Source: Ignavibacteriota bacterium (GTDB taxonomy: Bacteria > Bacteroidota > Ignavibacteria > UBA10030). From it: DNA of 64,000 nucleotides. Below are positions 30,630-40,007 of this stretch, piece by piece. Location of the stretch: positions 1,600,001 through 1,664,000 of the forward strand of contig OY969585.1 in the NCBI GenBank assembly GCA_963701295.1. Direction: 5' to 3'. Made by a program: the position numbers and the translations under genes. Position 1 is the stretch's first letter; every line of letters begins with the position of its first letter. The notes under the pieces were generated by a model, which searched no databases, was not told the DNA's origin, and saw nothing but the letters and a program-made list of their open reading frames with translations.

Positions 30630-31001
30630 ATGGCAAAAATATTAGTTGTTGACGATGAAAAAGATGCACTCACTGCAATTGAAGCAGTACTCTCCTCGGA
30701 AGGACATAAGATTATTCTAGCGGAAGACGGTGTACGAGCATTAGAGTCTGTCAGCACTCATCCACCTGATGTGATTGTCTGTGATATAGAAATGCCGAAG
30801 CTCAAAGGATTCGATGTTCTTGCTGAACTGCGGAAGGACCCGGTTACCTCAAAAATTCCAATTATTTTTTTGACTGGCAGAACCGATATCACAGCTTTGG
30901 TTCAGTCGATGGAGCTGAATGTCAATGATTTTCTCACAAAACCATATACTGTGCAAGATTTGATTGCGGCAGTGAATATCCAATTAAAAAAAATCGTATA
31001 A
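30630..31001 (+). CDS. Stand-alone response regulator receiver
   Basis: ILVVDD, CDIEMP, FLTG, TKP. Confidence 0.92.
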   Translation: MAKILVVDDEKDALTAIEAVLSSEGHKIILAEDGVRALESVSTHPPDVIVCDIEMPKLKGFDVLAELRKDPVTSKIPIIFLTGRTDITALVQSMELNVNDFLTKPYTVQDLIAAVNIQLKKIV

Positions 31002-31351
31002 GTTTCCCACAGATCTGTCTCAAACCTATTGTCGAAGCCAACATAAGGGGTTGGCGTTAGTAGCGGTCTATCTATGGTGAGACATTTTTGGAAACCCAGA
31101 ATTCAATTGTCGTACTTGCTTTCCTAAGAGCATTTCGTTCTACAAAAAGGATTAATCCCTTTTTCATTCTTTCGAGCTATTCCCTCTTTTATAAATCATC
31201 ATCATAATTCATTAGTGGTAGTTAAGGAATACTCCTTACTCAAAGGATAGATGGTCGTTTTCTGAATGTGTATGCCAAGGGGATAATATCCCAAGCAGAA
31301 TAATGGTCCAAAAAAATATTAAAATATTCTGTACTCTCAAAAGGAAAAACT

Positions 31352-33385
31352 ATGCAAAAACTCATTGCAGTAGATGAACCAGAACGGCTTAATAATGCAC
31401 GATCCTATTTCCAGACGGCACGAGAGTATGGAATGCATGAACTTGATGTGACGCTCATCCGTCCGACTAATTACACGGACGATGGTTATCCGATTAAAAC
31501 ACGTATCGGTGTTATCCGCAGTAACACGTTAACGCAGATCGGAACGCTTGTCCACGATCTCGAGAAAGAATCTTTCTTTCATAAAGTCACTCTTAACATC
31601 CGCAAAATCGATGAAGCGATTGAGTGGATACCTATGAAGGATATCATCAAGCATTCCAAAGTTCCTGGTGTGAAATCAATCGTTATGCTCGTTGGTGTTC
31701 AAACAAACCAGTACCCTCGTGCGCTGGATATTGCTTCGAAGTTCTTGCCATACAAAATCCCGGTATTGATCGGAGGTTTTCATGTAAGCGGTATGCTCGC
31801 TATGATCGGCGTTACAGATGATCTTAAGGCTGCAATGTCAAAAGGAATCATTCTTGTTGCCGGAGAGGTCGAAGGGGGTCGGTTGTCTGTTGTTGTAGAA
31901 GACGTGCTCAGGGGGAGAACACAAACACTCTATAATTTTTTAAATCCCACACCCAATCTCATGGATCTTCCGATACCATATATTACGAAGAATGAATTTG
32001 ATAATTTTGCCTCGAGATTTACCACTATTGATACAGGGCGAGGATGTGTTTTTAACTGTGACTTTTGTACTATTATTAATGTTCAAGGTCGGACAATGCG
32101 GTATCGGAATCCAAAACAAGTTGTCGATTTTGTGCGGCAAAGTTATCATGAGGCAGGCGTTTCACACTCCTTCTTCACGGATGACAACACAGCGCGAAAT
32201 CCTCAATGGCGAGAACTTTTCTCACAACTCATCCACCTGCGAGAAAAAGAAAAGATACCGTTCACATTCATGATGCAGAGCGATCTCGCAGCGCGGAAAA
32301 TGCCGGGAGGAGATTTCTTTGAACTCGCAGCGCGGGCAGGTTGCAATCAAGTCTTCTTCGGTGTGGAAAGTGTGAACCGAGAGAATCTCCGTTCCAAAGA
32401 TAAGTTTCAGAATCAGGTCTCCGAGTACAAAGATCTCGTTGCTCATTGCCATTCACTCGGTATCTCCTGCCACGCAGGCTATATGCTGGGACTGCCGTTC
32501 GATACATTGGCAAGTATCAAACAGGATATTGCGGAACTTCAACGGATGATGTTTGATTCTGCTTCGTTCTACATCCTTGCTCCGCTCCCAGGTTCAAAGG
32601 ATCATCAGCGGTGGTGGCGGGAGGGAAGATGGATGAGCGATGATTTCAATACGTACGATTCGGCACATGTCGCGGTAGAGCCGGAACGCATGTCTCGTGA
32701 TGAGCTTATGAAAGCTTATTATAACGCGTGGGAACAGTTTTACTCTACCGAGCATATGGTCAACGTTCTTAAGATCTGGAGGCATGACCAATACTATTAT
32801 AGAGAGAAACTATCTTTCTTTGCTTGGTACCTCTATTCATCAAGAATTGAACGATTACACCCAATGAACTGCGGATTTTGGACAGTACGGCGCCGAAATG
32901 ATCGCCGAGTTGGATTTTCCTGTGAAGCATTTGCTCCGTTTTGGTGGAATCGGTCGAAGGTTCTCGCTTCTCGGCTGTGGGGAATAATAAAACTTTTCTT
33001 CCAGCTCGAAGAAGTGTGGCTTCAGAGTCGATCGAAAAGCAAAATTGAAGATGCTCTGCATGAACTGATCAAGAAGACGGAACGGGGTATCGTAGATTGG
33101 CGAGAGATTAAATTGAAGGAACTCGTATCGTTCTATGCGAAGCTTCACATCGAAATGCCGGAAGTCAAAGTGCCCTCAAGCGTGCGTCTCTGGTTCAGGA
33201 AGCGGAATCCATTCGCTGGTGCATTTACGAGAACCTATGTTCAACATATTTGGCGGCGATGGTATTTGTATCTATGGAATCCATTAAAGTGGGTAGAAGT
33301 GTGGTTGTTCGAATGGGTGAATGGTCTTCGTTTCCTTGGTCACTTGCTTGGTGAGGGAACAGAAAAGAAATTAACCCTATTCTAG
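31352..33385 (+). CDS. B12-binding radical SAM protein
   Basis: GRGCVFNCDFC, an N-terminal cobalamin-binding-like region (IGGFHVSG), GVES, PLPGS and a Trp-rich C-terminal extension. Confidence 0.88.
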   Translation: MQKLIAVDEPERLNNARSYFQTAREYGMHELDVTLIRPTNYTDDGYPIKTRIGVIRSNTLTQIGTLVHDLEKESFFHKVTLNIRKIDEAIEWIPMKDIIKHSKVPGVKSIVMLVGVQTNQYPRALDIASKFLPYKIPVLIGGFHVSGMLAMIGVTDDLKAAMSKGIILVAGEVEGGRLSVVVEDVLRGRTQTLYNFLNPTPNLMDLPIPYITKNEFDNFASRFTTIDTGRGCVFNCDFCTIINVQGRTMRYRNPKQVVDFVRQSYHEAGVSHSFFTDDNTARNPQWRELFSQLIHLREKEKIPFTFMMQSDLAARKMPGGDFFELAARAGCNQVFFGVESVNRENLRSKDKFQNQVSEYKDLVAHCHSLGISCHAGYMLGLPFDTLASIKQDIAELQRMMFDSASFYILAPLPGSKDHQRWWREGRWMSDDFNTYDSAHVAVEPERMSRDELMKAYYNAWEQFYSTEHMVNVLKIWRHDQYYYREKLSFFAWYLYSSRIERLHPMNCGFWTVRRRNDRRVGFSCEAFAPFWWNRSKVLASRLWGIIKLFFQLEEVWLQSRSKSKIEDALHELIKKTERGIVDWREIKLKELVSFYAKLHIEMPEVKVPSSVRLWFRKRNPFAGAFTRTYVQHIWRRWYLYLWNPLKWVEVWLFEWVNGLRFLGHLLGEGTEKKLTLF

Positions 33386-33628
33386 AACTTCCTTTGAGTA
33401 TACCGATGATGGTAACAATAGATTTTTTCTGTGAGGATTCACTGTCACGTGCGGATAGTTATAATAAAGATGCAGCAGGAACTTGATATCTCGTTTAATT
33501 TGCTTACTTAACCTAGCTTGAGCGAACCCGGTTCTATCGCATTCGTCTTTATTATTCCATCGTCCATACTTGAATGAATCAGAAAAGAATTCTATTTTTA
33601 GAAAACTAAGAAAAACAATGAACATCAT

Positions 33629-34999
33629 TTGAAAAAACCGCTTCTCGTTTTCTTCCTCGCCATCGTCTCTGTTATAGGATCTGTCTGGATTCTCAAATCG
33701 AACGGATTTTATTATATCGATGAGAGCGCACATTATCTCTATAGCAGGTTTGTTTTTCAGGCACTGCCTGTGACAGTGCAGACTTGGCACAGACCGATAC
33801 CGCAATGGCTTTTTGCTCTGCCGGCACAACTTGGGCATTCGTTTACAATGTTCTTTGCACTGTCGCTCTTGATCTGTCTTCTGTTGGTCACCTACCGGAT
33901 TGCGAAATTGAAAGGGATACAACATGCGGAATGGGTTGTCATACTCGTTGGGCTTCAACCGGTTCTCTTCGATGTTTCGTATGCGTGCATGACAGAACTG
34001 CCGACTGCTTTTCTGATCACACTTTCGTACTGGTATTACCTGAAGGAAAAGCACGGATGGAGTCTGGCGATTGCTTCGGCAGTGATATTGTGCCGAAGTG
34101 AAATGTATATATTTGCCGGATTAATGTTCTTCGTTTTTGTTTGGAAACGCGAGTGGAAGATACTTCCTCTCGTGTTGTTGGGACCTTTGCTCTGGATTGG
34201 ATCGACGACAATCATCTCAGGTGATGTCATGACGTTTTTCAGGGAATGGTCAAAATTTTCGAGTCTGAGTAAGTTTATCCCTGGCGTCTCGGTGACGCAC
34301 TATGTTGAAAATCTGCATACAACTTTCGGATTTGCACAGGTGGCTTTTTTTGTTGCAGGCACCGCGTTTATTGTCAGGGCAAAGAAAGGTGCTGACTTTG
34401 GAATTTTGTTTGGTACGATAGCGATTACACTCATCATTCATACACTTGCCGGAGCAGAGATATTTCACTGGACGGGTAGCATCGGTGAGTTGCGGTACAT
34501 CGCAGTCGTAGGGCCGTTCTTCGGAATTATTTCCGTCTATGGCCTATCGGAGATTTTGGATAGAGTAAATCGGTCGGGAGTGCGGCTGGTTTTTTCCATC
34601 CTCGTTTTAAGTGTCGTAGTGTTCAATTGCACATTGACAACTCATCCAAGGCGTTGGCCAAACTATGACCTGGTTATGATCAATATGACGAAAGCGTTGA
34701 GGACTGAATATCCGAATCTGACATTGTTGAGTAACAACTCTGTTCCAGCATATATCATGGATGTGGCGCCAACGGGAGGGCCGCATTTTGCGCCATTCAA
34801 CAAGAAGACGCTCGAGGAGTATCCAGAATGTCTCATTCTATGGGATCCATTCTCGTCGAATTCTATTTTCACTCAAACCGAATTGACGAAGACGGAGATG
34901 TTGCAAGATACAACTATAAAAGTATTGGAAAAATATAACTATTGGAGTGCAGAGTATTTTGTGCTGTATAGGAATAAGAAGATGGTGACAGTTAGATAG
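33629..34999 (+). CDS. Polytopic membrane protein, GT-C glycosyltransferase-like
   Basis: DE motif after the first TM (YIDESAHY), TELP, RSE and many TM helices. Confidence 0.6.
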   Translation: MKKPLLVFFLAIVSVIGSVWILKSNGFYYIDESAHYLYSRFVFQALPVTVQTWHRPIPQWLFALPAQLGHSFTMFFALSLLICLLLVTYRIAKLKGIQHAEWVVILVGLQPVLFDVSYACMTELPTAFLITLSYWYYLKEKHGWSLAIASAVILCRSEMYIFAGLMFFVFVWKREWKILPLVLLGPLLWIGSTTIISGDVMTFFREWSKFSSLSKFIPGVSVTHYVENLHTTFGFAQVAFFVAGTAFIVRAKKGADFGILFGTIAITLIIHTLAGAEIFHWTGSIGELRYIAVVGPFFGIISVYGLSEILDRVNRSGVRLVFSILVLSVVVFNCTLTTHPRRWPNYDLVMINMTKALRTEYPNLTLLSNNSVPAYIMDVAPTGGPHFAPFNKKTLEEYPECLILWDPFSSNSIFTQTELTKTEMLQDTTIKVLEKYNYWSAEYFVLYRNKKMVTVR

Positions 35000-35429
35000 T
35001 GTTTATGCTGTTAGAATTACATAAATAAAGGACATTAGCGGAAAAACAAAAAAAGCAGCTACAATTTTTAACACATGCGCCTTTTAGTGTCGCAGAGGAA
35101 TGCTCTTCCTACAGTCGCAATCATAATATTCATGGTTTTTGAGATGATTTTTTAGATTAGCTCAAATTATTTCTTTCCTCATCTCGAATTATTCAACCTC
35201 TTTTCTTTTTTTCGTAAAATGAAATATGCGTATCTTTCTTTTCAAAGAATCACCAAGATGCTGTTTATTATTTGCGGTTCATTGTACATCCTTGCATATT
35301 TAACTTTTATGCATATAGCTTCAAGACTTGAACAGATGGAAATATAGCACTACAATATCAACGCAAAATAATTATTCAATTTAAGTATTGAAGAATAGAC
35401 ATGGGAATATTTCAACGGAGCAGTGTTCA

Positions 35430-36263
35430 ATGAACTTACAGGAAATAACGAAGGCATATGATTTTTCAGGTAGAACTGCCGCAATTACAGGCGGTGGCGG
35501 TGTGCTTTGCGGCGAAATGGCTAGAGCTCTTGCAGGGTGCAATGCGAATGTCGTCCTTCTCGATCGTGATGTAGCGCTTGGCGAAAAAGTGTTTCAAACA
35601 TTAAAGGACACAAAAGGAAAACACAAAGTCATCTTTATAGATGTTCTCGATAAGGCCAGAGTGCAGGAAGCAGCCGATAAATTATTTGCCGAATACGGAC
35701 GCATCGATATTCTTATCAACGGTGCAGGTGGAAACAATCCGAAAGCGACAACGAACACCGAACAATCGTTCTTCGACATTCCGGCTGAAGCATTGCAGTT
35801 TGTTTCCAATTTGAATCTGATCGGAACAATTCTGCCAAGTCAGATTTTCGGGAAGAAGATGGTGGAGCAGAAGGAAGGAATTATTCTGAATGTTTCTTCG
35901 ATGAATGCATTTCGTCCGCTGACACATATTCCGGCTTACTCGGCAGCAAAAGCAGCAATTAGTAACTTTACACAATGGCTCGCTGTCCATATGGCGCAGG
36001 AATATACACCAAACATTCGTGTGAATGCAATTGCTCCGGGTTTCTTCTTGACAGATCAAAATCGATTTCTCTTAACCGACAAAGCAACGGGCGAATTAAC
36101 TGCCCGTGGCAAGAAAATTTTGGATCATACACCGGCTGGACGTTTTGGTACACCGGATGATTTACTTGGTGCAATGCTCTGGTTATTGTCGCCCGCATCG
36201 AAGTTCGTCACCGGTATTGTTCTTCCAATTGATGGCGGCTTCTCGGCATATTCAGGCGTGTAA
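35430..36263 (+). CDS. uxuB: SDR oxidoreductase, D-mannonate oxidoreductase type
   Basis: TGGGGVL, NGAGGNNPKATT, SSMNAFRPLT, YSAAK, FTQWLAVH. Adjacent to kdgK. Confidence 0.82.
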   Translation: MNLQEITKAYDFSGRTAAITGGGGVLCGEMARALAGCNANVVLLDRDVALGEKVFQTLKDTKGKHKVIFIDVLDKARVQEAADKLFAEYGRIDILINGAGGNNPKATTNTEQSFFDIPAEALQFVSNLNLIGTILPSQIFGKKMVEQKEGIILNVSSMNAFRPLTHIPAYSAAKAAISNFTQWLAVHMAQEYTPNIRVNAIAPGFFLTDQNRFLLTDKATGELTARGKKILDHTPAGRFGTPDDLLGAMLWLLSPASKFVTGIVLPIDGGFSAYSGV

Positions 36264-36307
36264 GTAATGGGAACAATCATATTTTAAGAGAGATAAAGGA
36301 GTAAATA

Positions 36308-37387
36308 ATGGGTGCTTTGAATATAAAAAAGGATGGTGCATTGGATTTGGTATCGGTTGGTGCGTTGGTGAATCGTCTCGATCCCGGCATCATCCCTTTC
36401 AAAAAGGCACAGGAGTGTCAAATTCATGTGAGCGGCGGTGAATTTAACGTGGCGGCAAACTTGTCTGATTGTTTTGGTATGAATACAGGTATTGCGACGG
36501 CAATGGTCGACTACCCAATCGGTGATTTGATCAATGAGCGCGTTCGCGCGATGGGAGTGAAACCGTTCTATAAAAGATTTAAGCACAATGGTGTAAACGG
36601 CCCAAACATGGCAACGGTGTACAGTGATCGTGGACAAGGCGTTCGTCCTCCAGTGGTGTTCTACAATCGTGCAAATGAAGCCGGTGCCTTGTTGAAACCA
36701 GGTGATTTCGATTGGAACACGATCTTTGCAGGCGGTGTGCGTTGGTTCCATAGTGGTGGAATCTTTGCAGCGCTTTCAGAAACCACAGGCGAAGTGATCA
36801 TCGAAGGAATGAAAGCAGCAAAGAATGCCGGAGCGATTGTCAGTTTTGATCTGAATTTTCGTGCAAAGTTATGGAACATTTGGGGCGGAGAAAAGAAGGC
36901 GATGGAAATCATTGCACGTATCGTTGAGAATGTTGATGTGTTGGTTGGCAATGAGGAAGACTTGCAAAAGGGCTTGGGAATTCATGGTCAAGATGTGGAG
37001 TCAAAATCGAAACTTGATCCGACCGCTTTCTTTGAGATGATTGATAAAGTTGTAAAAAAACATCCACATGTAAAAGCAGTAGCAACAACGTTACGTGAAG
37101 TCCATTCAACAAATCACCATACATGGGGTGCTGTTGCGTGGGTTGATGGCAAGACGTACATCTCGCCTACCTGTGAGCTGGCAGTGGTCGATCGTATCGG
37201 CGGGGGTGACGGATATGCATCTGGATTCTTTTACGGCCTGTTATCTGGTGAAACACCGGAAGAAGCTGTAAAGCTTGGTTGGGCGCATGGTGCATTGCTT
37301 ACCACAACACCAGGTGACACATCTATGGTGACGGTAGAGCAAGTACGTGAATTTGCTCAAGGTGGGTCGGCGCGCATCCAGCGATGA
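36308..37387 (+). CDS. kdgK: PfkB sugar kinase, 2-keto-3-deoxygluconate kinase type
   Basis: SGGEFNVA, FDLNFRAKLW, GNEED, DRIGGGDG. Confidence 0.85.
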   Translation: MGALNIKKDGALDLVSVGALVNRLDPGIIPFKKAQECQIHVSGGEFNVAANLSDCFGMNTGIATAMVDYPIGDLINERVRAMGVKPFYKRFKHNGVNGPNMATVYSDRGQGVRPPVVFYNRANEAGALLKPGDFDWNTIFAGGVRWFHSGGIFAALSETTGEVIIEGMKAAKNAGAIVSFDLNFRAKLWNIWGGEKKAMEIIARIVENVDVLVGNEEDLQKGLGIHGQDVESKSKLDPTAFFEMIDKVVKKHPHVKAVATTLREVHSTNHHTWGAVAWVDGKTYISPTCELAVVDRIGGGDGYASGFFYGLLSGETPEEAVKLGWAHGALLTTTPGDTSMVTVEQVREFAQGGSARIQR

Positions 37388-37425
37388 CCACAATCCTGAG
37401 CGAAGTCGAAGGATGCGGTGTGGTC
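37386..37425. repeat. REP-like hairpin with a CCTGAGCGAAGTCGAAGG core
   Basis: GACCACA...TGTGGTC flanks an ATCCT/AGGAT stem just after kdgK. The core resembles a common FCB intergenic repeat. Confidence 0.5.
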
Positions 37426-37657
37426 GAACGAATCATTCTGCCGTTTCGATTTTGCTTGAATGGTTACTTCAACGATGCTTAGCAACCTGTGCAAACCGCA
37501 CCTCCTTCTTAACTATCTTTTCAAAAACAGGTTCCACTCGCTGGAAAAGATCTCTTTGTATTATGGTGGATTTATCCGCCATAGAAATAGGCAATCACTT
37601 TTCAATTGGAGTTTGAAAATAAGTTATCATATTGGCTGAGAAAGACACATAATTTCC

Positions 37658-38353
37658 TCATTCCCATCCTTCTTTTGCTAATTCCGAGTGCAACTCGTTG
37701 GGATGTTGCCTACAGTAATACTCGATCTTGCTTGAATCCTCGTGTGCTTTATCATACGTCCATCCTTTTGCCATCAAATTCCGTTCGTGGAGTTCGTGAA
37801 GAAGAACATAAGGGCGCTCTTCCTCTTCGAGATCATTATCGATCCATACTTCATTCTGAGGCACAAACTCATAGACATAGTCATGCCCGCCTTCTGTAAA
37901 ATCAACATCGAACACACTTCTCACTAACCTGCCGTCGATGATCCACACACTGATCCCATTTTCTAATTTCTTCCAGAGCCGCACATGCACTTTTTTCGGA
38001 TCGGGAAGATTGCCTCCCATTGTCAGCTTTTCCACATCGCCCGCTTTCTTTCGTTCTGCCATCTCTTGTTTGTCGGCAGCTTCAAGCGCATCGTCATAAG
38101 GAACACCCTTCTCCATCAACCGATGTTCGACCAACAAATGGTCAATAAAGAAGCTCTGTTCATCCTCCTGTGCTTCCTTATCAAGCCAAAACTCATCTTT
38201 TGGGATGCATTTGAAACCGTAATGCTGGCCGTAGTTTGTAAACTCTTCGTCGATATGCGTTCTCACATATGTGCCGTCGACTACCCAGATAGAGATCTTT
38301 CCGCGCTGCCCAATCTTTTTGATGTACGGCGGCTTAATAAGTGGAGTTTTCAT
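37658..38353 (-). CDS. Hypothetical protein with an internal domain duplication and an HELHE motif
   Basis: Two copies of (I/V)WxxDGxxVR...FT...PxxExWxD...LMxKGxxYDxA. The start is probably MKTP at 38353, after AAGGA. Confidence 0.75.
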   Translation of the reverse strand: MKTPLIKPPYIKKIGQRGKISIWVVDGTYVRTHIDEEFTNYGQHYGFKCIPKDEFWLDKEAQEDEQSFFIDHLLVEHRLMEKGVPYDDALEAADKQEMAERKKAGDVEKLTMGGNLPDPKKVHVRLWKKLENGISVWIIDGRLVRSVFDVDFTEGGHDYVYEFVPQNEVWIDNDLEEEERPYVLLHELHERNLMAKGWTYDKAHEDSSKIEYYCRQHPNELHSELAKEGWE

Positions 38354-38961
38354 ATTCTGTCCTTTTGGAGTAATCTCCTGTTGTTGTGTGCTACTTCCAT
38401 AGCACTTTCCTGAGCCGTAAAGATATGGTCGATTGATCAAAGCCATCATCAAGAGACTTGCGACAAAAAATCTACGACCTCTCAATTGTTGTCTAATTTT
38501 CTTTGATATCCTCATTCCAGGATTAAAACCCATATAATTGTTTAGACATCCCCCATCGCTTGTCTGCGTTTCACACACCGCCATTGAGTAGTGAGTCTTC
38601 CTCATCGCATGAAAAGAAAATACATTTTTTTCTCTATTCGCACAATCGGATATCTATTTTAGTTCGGTTATGTGCATCTGTCGTCTTTTATCGGATAAGC
38701 AGGTATCCAGATCTTGGGTTTCTTTTGTGGATTCCCGATTCCAACGTTCCCGTTTGCTGCTTTGTTTTGGTATGCAGGTGTGAATGACTATTGTGAATAA
38801 TGATACTTTCAGGAGAATATCTTCCAGCAGTCTAGGAATTTGCAGCCTGAATATTCGGCAATGAAACTTATTGGAAATAAAAATGGTTATATGATAAAAT
38901 AGAAAAATATCTGAATTCTACGGTGTTTAATAATTTCACAGCCACTTAAAAAGGAGACCAC

Positions 38962-39507
38962 ATGAAGAAAAATATTTTTATTCTCTGCTTCGCCTGCATC
39001 CTTACCAATGCATCGTTCCTGACCGCTCAAGACGAACATACGGTTCATCAGAAATCAATCGTCAACAGGGCGGTTGCCCTGATAATTCCGACGAAAGGAA
39101 ATTCAATTCACGGAGTCGTGACATTTGAGAAGACAGAAAAAGGAGTTCGTGTTATTGCAAATCTAACAGGATTGACGCCGGGAAAACATGGGTTTCATAT
39201 CCATGAATTTGGTGATATTACATCCGACGATGGGAGTTCGGCAGGCGGGCACTACAACCCAATGAACATGCCTCACAGTATGCCGACAAGCGAGAAACGT
39301 CATGCAGGCGACATGGGGAACATCGAGGCAGATGAAAATGGAAACGCACATCTCGACTATATCGATTTGGTCATGGAACTCGATGGCAACTATTCGATTG
39401 TTGGTCATGCTGTTATTGTCCATGAGAAAGAGGATGATCTTAAAACACAGCCAACAGGAAATGCAGGTCCAAGAATCGGGTACGGGGTAATCGGATTTGC
39501 GAAATGA
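38962..39507 (+). CDS. sodC: Cu/Zn superoxide dismutase, secreted
   Basis: HGFHIHEFGD, AGGHYNP, HAGDMGNI, VIVHEKEDD, GNAGPR; signal peptide. Confidence 0.93.
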   Translation: MKKNIFILCFACILTNASFLTAQDEHTVHQKSIVNRAVALIIPTKGNSIHGVVTFEKTEKGVRVIANLTGLTPGKHGFHIHEFGDITSDDGSSAGGHYNPMNMPHSMPTSEKRHAGDMGNIEADENGNAHLDYIDLVMELDGNYSIVGHAVIVHEKEDDLKTQPTGNAGPRIGYGVIGFAK

Positions 39508-39521
39508 AAGAATAAAATCAA

Positions 39522-39810
39522 ATGCCAATCACAGATAATGGACTCCATATCACTCGTGTCTTCAATGTGCCATGCAAATCAGTGTGGAAAGCCTGGACCG
39601 AGCCAGTACATTTCATGCGCTGGTGGGGACCCAAAAACTTCACGTCGCCTGTATGCACAATCGATTTCCGCGTCGGAGGAAAGTATCACAACTGCATGCG
39701 CTCGCCTGAAGGCAGGGATTGAGGATCACGATATGATGTTCAAGTCAGGAATGGAGGAAGGGTCATCCGAGTCCATGGATTGCCTTGCTGAACTTCTGGC
39801 GAAAATCTAA
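39522..39810 (+). pseudogene. SRPBCC/AHSA1 protein remnant with an internal deletion and frameshift
   Basis: ITRVFNVP...VWKAWTEP...WWGP...DFRVGG stops at 39722. The C-terminal helix (GMEEGSSESMDCLAELL) is in another frame and the central strands are missing. Confidence 0.75.
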
Positions 39811-40007
39811 AATGTGGTCTAGGTCATTGACATCGGTCTCTTTTGTACCTCGTCCAACGGTCGCACTTAAAAAAAATCAATTTCGTTTACTCCTCGCAAT
39901 GGCGATTTCTCTTGAACTTCACAAATCCGCTTGTTTTAAATCTGAAATATGACTACAATCCTACCCACAATGTTGAATACCATTCTCCAAAATTACAAGG
40001 TGACAGC

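Noticed and set aside
33377-34054. 225 aa minus-strand ORF and other long antisense ORFs (e.g. 10343..10975, 60975..61535)
   Set aside because: They are shadows of well-supported genes on the opposite strand.
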